A DNA stretch of 64,000 nt, taken from assembly GCA_964637955.1 (NCBI GenBank), contig CAZWXQ010000002.1, positions 135,782 through 199,781 on the forward strand. Direction: 5' to 3'. The first letter of the stretch is position 1; every line of letters begins with the position of its first letter. Positions 49,653-58,485 of the stretch are shown piece after piece. Made by a program: the position numbers and the translations under genes. This stretch comes from an uncultured Gammaproteobacteria bacterium (GTDB lineage: Bacteria > Patescibacteriota > Microgenomatia > Levybacterales > UBA12049). Under the pieces are notes generated by a model that worked only from the letters and a program-made list of their open reading frames with translations, made no database searches and was not told the DNA's origin.

Positions 49653-50485
49653 TGAAAATAAAGTTACCAAAAATCCTCAAGAAAGGATTTTTCACAAAAA
49701 GGCAAAGGTTTGTTGTTGGTGTATTAATTCTTTCAGCTCTTCTTTTTATAACGGATCATTTTTTAGCAAGGTCAAGCATATTTGTTTTGTTTATTTTATC
49801 CATTCTTACTAATGTATTTTTATATTGGGCTCTTCATAAAGATTTGCATGAACATTTTTCACCGCAGGTATTTATATTGCCTTTTCTTTACACATTAGGA
49901 TTTGGCCTTTTTTCACCATTGATTCCAGCAAGAATCTTAGCGGATCTGATTCTAACTGTTATTTATGCGATCGGACTATATTCACTATTCCTTTCACAAA
50001 ACATTTTCACCATTTCAGGGGTAAGGACGATTGCACTTCTGTCTGGAGCTAGAACTGTATCCTTCGTAATTACTATACTTACTTTCTTGTTTATAACAAC
50101 CGTAATTTTTAGCTTAAATTTGAATGTTTTCATAGCTTTATTATTCTTTTTCATGACATCATTTTTACTCACAATGCAATCGATTTGGACATATACGTTA
50201 GAGAAGAGTATTAAGAAAAATTTAGTTTATGTATTGCTATTAGCTATTTGTCAGCTTGAAGTCGCAATGCTTTTATGGTTTTGGCCCAACAGAAGCTGGC
50301 TGCTTTCTTCGTTTGATCCGCCGCCAGTTCTTATCTCACTCTTCTTAACTGGATTTTTCTATATATGCATTGGGTTATCTCATTTATGGTTTGAAAAGCG
50401 TTTATTTAAATCTACTCTTTGGGAATATGTATGGATTGGATTAATTGTATTTGTTTTTCTCGTTGCATTTACTTCATGGACATAA
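49652..50485 (+). CDS. Conserved multi-pass membrane protein
   Basis: 8-9 TM helices; NIFTISGVRTIALL; coupled to yebC. Confidence 0.8.
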   Translation: MKIKLPKILKKGFFTKRQRFVVGVLILSALLFITDHFLARSSIFVLFILSILTNVFLYWALHKDLHEHFSPQVFILPFLYTLGFGLFSPLIPARILADLILTVIYAIGLYSLFLSQNIFTISGVRTIALLSGARTVSFVITILTFLFITTVIFSLNLNVFIALLFFFMTSFLLTMQSIWTYTLEKSIKKNLVYVLLLAICQLEVAMLLWFWPNRSWLLSSFDPPPVLISLFLTGFFYICIGLSHLWFEKRLFKSTLWEYVWIGLIVFVFLVAFTSWT

Positions 50486-51038
50486 GTATGTATTTAGCTT
50501 CATTTAGCCTCAAATATAGGGAGTAAAGGAGTGTACTTAAGAGTCAATCAAGAGATGTTAACTATATATTTATTTTTTTAGCCTCAAAAAATTATTTAAT
50601 TAGCTTCGATTTGTGCGTAAAGAAAATTTATACGATGTTGCTAAAGGGAAGAGGAGAGAGGGCATTGAGGCTAGATGATATAGTTTGATACATAATATAA
50701 ACTATAGGATGATATAGTTTGATATAGTCATAAAATTATTATAGGATATTATAGGATATAATTTAGCTTCAAATGTTCATTTTCACGAGATTTTATGCAC
50801 TATTTTCACAACCATACTGAGGTACATAGGGCTTCTTTCATGTAGGTGAATAAATCAATGATTAGCTTCTGCATTCGGAAATTATTGCGATATGATCATA
50901 TTATAAGGAAACGACATCCTCCTCTGGATTACTTATTGAGTCTAATTCTAAATCGAACAAAATACGAACGTTCTAATTAATAAGATTTTGAGGCTAAAAT
51001 CAAACGATTAGATTGATTTAGCAAGCTAATTTTCACAT

Positions 51039-51047
51039 TGTGGATAA
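51039..51047 (-). promoter_or_regulatory. Perfect DnaA box (TTATCCACA)
   Basis: TGTGGATAA on the + strand; single copy. Confidence 0.45.
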
Positions 51048-51217
51048 CCTCGAAGGGAGCGAGGTCTTCAGGAATCGATTCTTGCAAATCTTTTTGAGTA
51101 TCTTTAGAGAGAAGGACAATGTAATTGGCGAATTCATTATTATTTAATTTACTTACTGCTCTAAGAGCTATAAGTAAATTAATAGGTATTTTTAGCGGCA
51201 GGAAGCAGAAATTGTTT

Positions 51218-51245
51218 ATGTCGTAGAATAATACTTTTACGACGC
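51218..51245. other. dif-like tyrosine-recombinase site (11-6-11)
   Basis: ATGTCGTAGAA-TAATAC-TTTTACGACGC; left arm recurs exactly at 55022, upstream of the xer gene. Confidence 0.6.
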
Positions 51246-51597
51246 GACTGAGGCTGGTTTTGCCAGAGAAGACCCTTTTTACATACCAATTTTTTCCTAT
51301 ATATTCTTGCAATTTATATTTTTTATTTCTATATTCGCTACTCATAATTACCTGTTTTACTTATGCTAAAAATTTATACCCCTTCCCTACTATAGGTTTG
51401 TAATATATTGAAAATTCGAGGCTAAATGAAGCTAGGTTTTAATTACTATCGCACTCATCCAGCCTTGAAAGAGAGGTTATTTTATATTTACACGATGATA
51501 TTCGAATCTATATCTACAAGAGGGGTGAATGCTCTCGAGACATTAAATTGATGTTATTTAACACGCGTTCTGAAAACATCATTATAACTTTGTTGAT

Positions 51598-51620
51598 TTA
51601 TTACCGAAATTCGGTAATAA
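51598..51620. promoter_or_regulatory. Perfect 11-bp inverted repeat, probable protein-binding site
   Basis: TTATTACCGAA-A-TTCGGTAATAA. Confidence 0.6.
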
Positions 51621-51772
51621 GAGATACTACTGGTAAATTTGATTAGTTAAAACGTCTATTTGTACGTCAGTTTTAAAATAACGCGTCTAGGGCCGTTCTA
51701 GGGGCTCTTAGCCTCGAAGATTGGTAAATCTAGCCTCGAATTGGTTCCTATGGTATACTGAAATACTTAATT

Positions 51773-52582
51773 ATGTCTAATAATTTACCAATTGGTATTT
51801 TTGATTCTGGTGTCGGCGGACTTACCGTTGTTAAAGAAATTTTAAAATTTCTTCCAAATGAAAATTTAATTTATTTGGGAGACACAGCAAGGGTTCCATA
51901 TGGAACGCGTGACACCGAGACTGTAAATAAATTCTCAGATGAGTTAGTGCGTTTCATGTTAAAAAGTCAGGTTAAGTCAATCGTAGTGGCTTGCAATACG
52001 ATCTCAGCAATATCGTTATCGAACATATTAAAATCCGCTGGCGAGATCCCAGTGATCGATGTTATTGTGCCAACTATAGAATATGCATTAAGAAATAAAG
52101 ACGTTAATACTATTGGAATAATTGGAACTCAAGCAACAATTAATTCTAAGGTTTATGAGAACAAGATAAAAAATATAGACAAAGACGTAAAAGTTTTCAC
52201 AAAAGCATGTCCTTTATTTGTTCCTTTAGCTGAGGAAGGATTTTCGGAAACTCTGGAGGCTTTGCAAATTTCCAAAAAATATTTGAGTTATTTTGATGAC
52301 AAAAATTTGGATTTGCTTATTTTAGGATGCACTCATTATCCAATACTTAAAGGTGCTATTGAAAAGTCTTTGCGTCGCAGAATAAAGATAATTGATTCTG
52401 CCTTTCCTACTGCAGAAAAATTAAAAAAAGTTCTTTCTGAAAAAAAATTATTAAATACTGAAAATAAAAATCCAAAACTTGAGTTCTATGTTACTGATAA
52501 TCCCCTTCGGAGTCTGGAGATTGCAAATATGCTTTTTGAGGGTAAATTCCCTGGAAAAATTGAAAAAATTATTTTGGCTTAG
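51773..52582 (+). CDS. murI: Glutamate racemase
   Basis: FDSGVGGL, PYG, VACNT, LGCTHYP. Confidence 0.97.
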   Translation: MSNNLPIGIFDSGVGGLTVVKEILKFLPNENLIYLGDTARVPYGTRDTETVNKFSDELVRFMLKSQVKSIVVACNTISAISLSNILKSAGEIPVIDVIVPTIEYALRNKDVNTIGIIGTQATINSKVYENKIKNIDKDVKVFTKACPLFVPLAEEGFSETLEALQISKKYLSYFDDKNLDLLILGCTHYPILKGAIEKSLRRRIKIIDSAFPTAEKLKKVLSEKKLLNTENKNPKLEFYVTDNPLRSLEIANMLFEGKFPGKIEKIILA

Positions 52583-53708
52583 AAAATATTGGTTGATTTG
52601 ATAAACATGATTCCCAAAGCCTTTCAGTGTACGCTTCATGTTGACTAGCTAAATCTGAATCTACGCTGTACATGTTTAATTCTGCAGTTCCAGCTCTTAT
52701 GCCAGACATAACTTCATTGTGCGAGCCAGACCAAACAACCGATTGGCCTTTTATCTTGAATTGCCAACTTTTACCATGCAGACCTCCTTCCGGACCAAAT
52801 CTAAATCTAAGATCAGATCCGCTTCTTATAATTCCTTTAGCAGCAAGTCGATTACTTACATACACAGGTGGTGAAAACTTATAAACATCTTGTTTCGAAG
52901 CAACTGCTCTAACTTGGACGCCTCTTTTTATTGCAGCATCAAGCCTTTTTAAAAGTTTATGTCCAGGTAAAAGTGGGAGTGAGGTAAAAATTTCATCATC
53001 TTTTTCTGTTCCGTCAATTAGATAGTTAGTAAAATCATATATTCTAGATCTTCCACTTTTTCCTGAATCATACACGAAATATGTGTCTGCGGTTCCCGGA
53101 ATAATTTCATCTTCTTTTGGTGGATTTATGCATATATCTGTGAGGGTTTCAACTAACTTTGGATCTGTTATTTTTACCATAAATCCATGCATTTTAAAGA
53201 CAGTATCATCTTCAGGATTAAAGTCTCCGATATAAGCGGTTTTGCCTACGATCCAGATTTTTTGATGGTCTGCACCGGCATATGGAAAAAATTGACGAAG
53301 CTTGGTATCAGGTCTTGTAAGTAGCAACTTAATATTTGTTTCAGCTTTAATTTTTTCGTGTAAAGCTTTAGTCTTAGAATATGAATTTTCAATTTCATCT
53401 CTGTTTGGGTAAAAAGGAATATGCCTAACGTATGATGGAACACCTTGAGTCCTAAATAAGCTTAATGGATTATGTAAAATTCTTACATCAGCATTTCTGT
53501 TGGCTGCATCATTTAAATGAGGTAAGATGCTGTTGGCAAATTCTCCGGCTTGAAAATCCAATCCTTTTATCCATACTCTGCCTCCGTCCCCTACTTTATT
53601 TATTTCTCCGTTAAGGTCATCCAAAACGTCCCAAGGATTATCCATCAGCTTAAATCGTTCTTGAGGTTTTATTTTTTCTGTTTCAATATGCTCCGGTTGT
53701 CTTTCCAT
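52569..53708 (-). CDS. Phospholipase D superfamily protein (two HxK motifs)
   Basis: DHQKIWIVG...IGDFN and LHGKSW...SGSHN...ELN. Confidence 0.8.
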   Translation of the reverse strand: MERQPEHIETEKIKPQERFKLMDNPWDVLDDLNGEINKVGDGGRVWIKGLDFQAGEFANSILPHLNDAANRNADVRILHNPLSLFRTQGVPSYVRHIPFYPNRDEIENSYSKTKALHEKIKAETNIKLLLTRPDTKLRQFFPYAGADHQKIWIVGKTAYIGDFNPEDDTVFKMHGFMVKITDPKLVETLTDICINPPKEDEIIPGTADTYFVYDSGKSGRSRIYDFTNYLIDGTEKDDEIFTSLPLLPGHKLLKRLDAAIKRGVQVRAVASKQDVYKFSPPVYVSNRLAAKGIIRSGSDLRFRFGPEGGLHGKSWQFKIKGQSVVWSGSHNEVMSGIRAGTAELNMYSVDSDLASQHEAYTERLWESCLSNQPIFSKPK

Positions 53709-53769
53709 TGTTATGGCGGAATTTTAACAAATACCAGGATTTAAATCAAAATAATTATTGTTTTCTTAT

Positions 53770-54471
53770 TTAACTTTGGGGCGTAGGCTCTGATGTTAGT
53801 GGAATTCCAAGTGCAATTCTTTCAGTAGGGATAACTCTTCCTGAATTTAATTTTCCTATCAAATGTCCATGAGAATCCGATGAAGCTTGCGCAATTTTTC
53901 CTTTATCAATTGTTGTGATGTGTCTTTCAGTTGCTCTACTGTTATTAATGAACCCTACCGTTTGAATCTGATTGCCCAGAAGCGTTCCTACTACGAGCTC
54001 AACTGCTAGCCAATTACTTTGTCCTACTCCGTCTCCGGGATCTTTACCAAGTGCATATGGAGAATTTTTAATTACTATTGGAGAGCTTCCATCCCAAGCT
54101 AAGCCATTTATCGAGCGAATTTTTTCGAGGTCAATTTCCTCATCCGTGTTACTTGGTGACTTTCTTATATTTAGATTGGATCCATCTACGCTCATGTCAA
54201 TTCTGTATGCAGCAGTGTCTATGCCTGCAATTTCTCCATTGGAAAGCATCTCAGTTAGGGTTATTTCGCGTTGTGCTGTTTTGTCATATTCATTAAATCC
54301 TACTGCAACTATTTCAACTGCTCCTGCTGCTATTACTCCGGCGAGCGCAATATTCCTAATCCTTCTAAATATAGATCTGTTATTTGTAGCTCTCGGTTTT
54401 ACTATCCGCTCAGAATTAGGTCGAGCATTGTAATCTCTGTCTGGTCTTGCTGGGCTAAATTCTTGTGGCAT
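53770..54471 (-). CDS. Hypothetical single-TM protein
   Basis: Basic stretch then TM (IALAGVIAAGAVEIVAVGF); LNIRKSP resembles an SH3b start; start may be 54492. Confidence 0.7.
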   Translation of the reverse strand: MPQEFSPARPDRDYNARPNSERIVKPRATNNRSIFRRIRNIALAGVIAAGAVEIVAVGFNEYDKTAQREITLTEMLSNGEIAGIDTAAYRIDMSVDGSNLNIRKSPSNTDEEIDLEKIRSINGLAWDGSSPIVIKNSPYALGKDPGDGVGQSNWLAVELVVGTLLGNQIQTVGFINNSRATERHITTIDKGKIAQASSDSHGHLIGKLNSGRVIPTERIALGIPLTSEPTPQS

Positions 54472-55144
54472 GATATATTTTATAGCATTCATTTAGCTAT
54501 TTATGCAAATTAACCAATTTTATGCTTTATGTTGTTGTGGGTAAATAAATTGCTCAAGAATTTTTGTGCTTTTTTATAATCTTTGGTGTTTTTGAAGAGA
54601 ATTGTTTAAAGATCCACTCTAGCCAGAGCAAAATATATAGTCGTTCGTATTTTATTCGTAAATTTCAGTTACTGGGATTTGTAAGGGAAAAACTAGAGGC
54701 CTCTTTATGCAATTGATTATTTTAAATTTGATAATTTTTAATTATTTAGGTTAATAAATAATAACGATTATTGTGAATATTTTAAGTCATTATTAATTTA
54801 CTTAGGCTTGTAGCTTATTCGTATTTGGAGTATTAAATTAGAATATATTATATGTTTTTGATTTTTACTTAATTGTGCTTATTAATTCTCAATACATTAT
54901 TCAAATATTCAATCTTGTTTTGTTTAATAATCAATTTATATTGTTTATGGTTTTGTGAACATGATGATTTGGTTGGTCTACTAAGCCCAGTGTTTTCTTA
55001 GATGTTGCAGAATCGTTTTTAATGTCGTAGAATAAATAATGTGAAACAAATCTGCCTCACATTATTCTTAGATTTTACAACGTCTTCGACATCGCAAAAT
55101 CTAAGATATCTTTTGATATATTTTGATATAAAAATACTTGAAAT

Positions 55145-55171
55145 GTGGCACTCTCCCCTCCCCTCTGCTAA
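55145..55171 (+). promoter_or_regulatory. Degenerate CIRCE-like element upstream of xer
   Basis: GTGGCACTC-N9-CTCTGCTAA vs TTAGCACTC-N9-GAGTGCTAA. Confidence 0.4.
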
Positions 55172-55217
55172 TAGCAATTATCGAAAAAATTTAGCCTTAA
55201 TTTTTAACTAAAATTTT

Positions 55218-56150
55218 ATGCAAGAAAAGCTGCCGAAGCTAATTGACGATTTTTTAGAATACTTAGAAATAGAAAAAAATTGCAGTAAGCTTACAATTCG
55301 AGACTACAGACATTATCTTGATGTTTTTTTAGATTGGTATATTGTTAATATTCCATCAAAAGATCTTGAAAATTTGGATCTTTCTGACATAAGAAAGTAT
55401 AGAGTTTTTCTATCCAATAAAACTGACGAGAAAGGTGCTGGTCTTAAAAGAGTTACTCAGAATTATTACATCATTGCTCTTCGTTCATTCCTAAGGTTTC
55501 TTATTAAAAATGACTATAAAACACTTGAGCCATCAAAAATTGATTTACCTAAGACAGAAAGCAGGTCTTTGAAGTTTTTGGAGCGTGAGCAGGTGGATCG
55601 ATTGGTCACAGCTGCAGATACTTCAAAAGAGGAAGGGATAAGAGATAGGACGATCATGGAGTTGCTTTTTTCTACAGGCCTTCGTGTTTCTGAGCTCACC
55701 AAGCTTAATCGAGATCAGATAAATTTGGATCGCAAGGAGTTTGGAGTAATAGGAAAAGGAGGTCGATCAAGAATTGTGTTCGTTTCTGACCGTGCAGCTG
55801 AGTGGATAAATAATTACCTCAAGGCAAGAAAAGACGAATATAAGCCTCTTTTTATCAGGTATTCAGGTGCAGTTGATGAAACTAATAATGGTGAAAAAAT
55901 GAGGCTCACTCCCCGCTCAGTTGAGCGCATAGTTAAAAAATATGTAAAAATTACCAGATTACCAGTTGACGCTACTGTTCATACGCTTAGGCACTCATTT
56001 GCTACAGATCTGCTTACAAATGGAGCAGATATCAGAAGCGTTCAGGAGATGCTTGGGCATAAAAATATAGCCACGACTCAAATATATACTCACGTAACAA
56101 ATAAACAGCTTAGAGAGGTACATAAATCATTCCACAGTGGTAATAAATAA
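55218..56150 (+). CDS. XerC/XerD-family tyrosine recombinase
   Basis: TGLRVSEL, GKGG, HTLRHSFAT, LGH, TTQIYTH. Confidence 0.95.
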   Translation: MQEKLPKLIDDFLEYLEIEKNCSKLTIRDYRHYLDVFLDWYIVNIPSKDLENLDLSDIRKYRVFLSNKTDEKGAGLKRVTQNYYIIALRSFLRFLIKNDYKTLEPSKIDLPKTESRSLKFLEREQVDRLVTAADTSKEEGIRDRTIMELLFSTGLRVSELTKLNRDQINLDRKEFGVIGKGGRSRIVFVSDRAAEWINNYLKARKDEYKPLFIRYSGAVDETNNGEKMRLTPRSVERIVKKYVKITRLPVDATVHTLRHSFATDLLTNGADIRSVQEMLGHKNIATTQIYTHVTNKQLREVHKSFHSGNK

Positions 56151-56151
56151 T

Positions 56152-56493
56152 TCAATTATCTCGAATAAGTTCTTGGAGGTTAAGTCCTTTATTGCCTAAT
56201 TCGCCAGCGATAAATCCTGCATGTATGTCCGATCTTCTTTTTTCTCGGCTTCTTTTTTCTTCCATTAACGCAATGTCTTTAGCTAATATAGCAGGATCTA
56301 CTTCGATTTCTCCAGGCTGAAGATCTCCTTGACCATCTCCTGGTATTTCGCTTGGGCTTGGATTGATATGCGGTAATACCTGACCATCCCTGAAAGTTAT
56401 TTGTCTTCTTAGGGTTAGGCTCGTATCAGGCGTAATTCCCCTGACGGGTATAGGAACATGTGGTGTTTCTTGGTGAATATCTCGCTCAATCAC
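56152..56493 (-). CDS. Hypothetical protein
   Basis: ORF with probable GTG start (VIERDIHQETPH...); start uncertain. Confidence 0.55.
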   Translation of the reverse strand: MIERDIHQETPHVPIPVRGITPDTSLTLRRQITFRDGQVLPHINPSPSEIPGDGQGDLQPGEIEVDPAILAKDIALMEEKRSREKRRSDIHAGFIAGELGNKGLNLQELIRDN

Positions 56494-56708
56494 AACGCAA
56501 ATAATATTGCAGAGAATGATAAGTAACAAAAGCTAATTGTTTCCACTTATTCTCTTTTTATAAAAATTTACTTTTTCGCGGGCCCGAGAGGCTTGAGTGT
56601 AGTTTCCTTTTAATGTTTCTCTGACTTGTAAGAGAAACGCTTTTTGAAATTTTACTTCGTCGCGACTCATAATTTAGTAATTTGATTTTGGTAAATCACA
56701 ACTATTTA

Positions 56709-57479
56709 TTATAGTACTTGGTAAGTTAATATTACTGTGACTTCAATGTTGTTTTCTCCTGGAGTGATTGATGTTGCTGGGGCACCTGCTTTAGCGTCCA
56801 AAGCCATTGCTTCGTTTTGCATAACAGGCATTGGGTAAATTCCGCCAAACGTTTCCCTGACATTTATAACATTGCCTAGTTTTATTCCTGATGCTTTTGC
56901 TAATCCCTCTGCTGATGCTTTTGCTTTATTAACTGCTTCAATTCTCGCTTCGTTCTTAAGTTTAATTTCTGTTGCATCGTCAAGTGTAAATGAAATTCCA
57001 CCAACTAAATTTGCCCCTCCAGCTGTAGCTGCATCAACTGCCGCATTTGCCTTATCAATTGGAACTTCAACTTCAAAATTCTGAGACACTGTATATCCAG
57101 ATATTCTTTGATTATCGCCTATCGTTAGATTGGCGTAATTTGGATTTACAGAATAGTTTGTGGTTTTTATATCTTTTTCTTCAACACCAAGCGCCTTAAG
57201 GCTATTTGTAATTTGAGTTGCAGCTTTATTTGTTTTTGCTTGAGCTTCTGTAACGGTTGCTCCTGTTTGGGTAACGCCCATGTTGATTACTGCTTTGTCT
57301 GGAGCTGCTGATGCCTTGCCGGTTCCAGTTGCTTCAAAAGGTGTTGAATTGAGTGTATTTATGTTATTTACTGTAAAGGGAATCGGACCAGCAATTTTTG
57401 TGTAGACAAAAAGAATAATAAAGAATGCTACCACTGCGCCTATTAATTCTCCCCCGCCCTTGTATTTCATTTTTTCCAT
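56709..57479 (-). CDS. SIMPL (DUF541) domain protein
   Basis: GTGKASAAPDKA, DIKTTNYSVNPNY, LAKASGIKLG, ITPGE. Confidence 0.92.
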   Translation of the reverse strand: MEKMKYKGGGELIGAVVAFFIILFVYTKIAGPIPFTVNNINTLNSTPFEATGTGKASAAPDKAVINMGVTQTGATVTEAQAKTNKAATQITNSLKALGVEEKDIKTTNYSVNPNYANLTIGDNQRISGYTVSQNFEVEVPIDKANAAVDAATAGGANLVGGISFTLDDATEIKLKNEARIEAVNKAKASAEGLAKASGIKLGNVINVRETFGGIYPMPVMQNEAMALDAKAGAPATSITPGENNIEVTVILTYQVL

Positions 57480-57546
57480 CGCCTTTATATATAAATATAT
57501 CTTGGAGTAGCTTGTCAAGTGGGTGGATATGTAGCGTATCTAAGGC

Positions 57547-57972
57547 TTATAGGACGCAAGATGCAGAGACCAAATCTCCCTCGTGCAGGGCTTTGCTTCC
57601 ATTTTGACTTTGGATGGAAATATAATAATTACCCGTTCCACAAGCTCGTTTACTAATTTTCCAATAACTATCATTTTTAATTACCTCAATTTGATTTACA
57701 TCCGACTGTTTTGGCTCCTCTATAGTTACTGGATAACTTTTTTGAGATGGAGCTTCAATTTGAGTATTAACCACACTTACTTTTGGAGAAGGGTTTAGAT
57801 CTAGGTTCGAAAGAGAAAGAATTAGAGGCGGTGTTATAGCTAAGATAAAAACGAAGCTGAAAACGATTGCAAGCTTTCTTTTTAGGCTTCTTTTATTTTT
57901 CGGGGATTTATATACGTAGGTCGATTCATTGTCCCAATAATCATATTCGTGTTTTTTTCGTTTACCTAGCAT
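57547..57972 (-). CDS. Membrane-anchored LysM-like protein
   Basis: TM then VIKNDSYWKISKRACGTG...LHEGD; TTGACA-N18-TAGAAT promoter. Confidence 0.75.
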   Translation of the reverse strand: MLGKRKKHEYDYWDNESTYVYKSPKNKRSLKRKLAIVFSFVFILAITPPLILSLSNLDLNPSPKVSVVNTQIEAPSQKSYPVTIEEPKQSDVNQIEVIKNDSYWKISKRACGTGNYYISIQSQNGSKALHEGDLVSASCVL

Positions 57973-58126
57973 AGTTTTGGGATTCTAGCACACTATGAGT
58001 TGGGCTGTCAAATTAGTATTTATTGCCAAATCAGTGTTTGATTGAGTAAAAAAATAATTGACTATAAGTTTGTTTAAAATTGTAATCTCGTGTATCCTTA
58101 TGGTCTTTCATAGAAAATGTTCGATG

Positions 58127-58340
58127 AGTACTGCGGCTTGAATTTAAGCAATAGATTGCTTGTTCTTGCGCTTGAATTACCCCTCACAGAGACTGTAATT
58201 TAAGTACTGCGCCTCTGAGTTTTAAGAAATAAAAAAACTTGATACATCAAGCTTATTCTTGACTTGCGCTTTTGTAGCCTTATTTAGTAATTTCTCGAAA
58301 AGTACTTCGCGCTATTCTTAAATGAATAAGAATAGCGCTT
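58127..58340. repeat. Three-unit structured repeat (AGTACT(G/T)CG...hairpin...GCGCTT)
   Basis: Units begin near 58127, 58203 and 58301; each encloses a different hairpin. Confidence 0.65.
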
Positions 58341-58485
58341 GACATCATTTTTTGTAATTGGCATTATTAGATTAATGGCGGAGGTTATGTGTCCCGCAGA
58401 TCCTTTTTACAGCCGAGATTTTAATTATCTCGAATTTTTTTTGCAACCACTTTTTCTCCCAGATGCGCAAAGGAGGGAGAAGTAA

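Larger units (their letters stand above)
50495..51740. repeat. Cluster of TAGC(C/T)TC(A/G)AA-type boxes in both orientations
   Basis: Copies at 50495, 50505, 50579, 50601, 50664(-), 50764, 50987(-), 51045, 51415(-), 51426(-), 51709, 51731. Confidence 0.8.

Noticed and set aside
50953-50973. Possible LexA (CGAAC-N4-GTTCG) box
   Set aside because: Half-site spacing is wrong.
50977-51345. 122-aa minus-strand ORF in the motif-rich spacer
   Set aside because: No recognisable domain and it overlaps the DnaA box, dif-like site and repeat boxes; probably spurious, not excluded.
50495-51740. CRISPR array interpretation of the repeated boxes
   Set aside because: Repeats are ~10 bp, irregularly spaced, in both orientations; no cas genes.
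50486-51772. Firm oriC call
   Set aside because: Only one perfect DnaA box, no dnaA/dnaN nearby, and gene orientation converges; kept only as an alternative.
55040-55049. parS half-site (GTGAAACA)
   Set aside because: No matching inverted half.
55218-56150. Prophage or integron integrase
   Set aside because: Chromosomal Xer-like length and motifs, no IntI insertion, no phage genes or attC-type cassettes.
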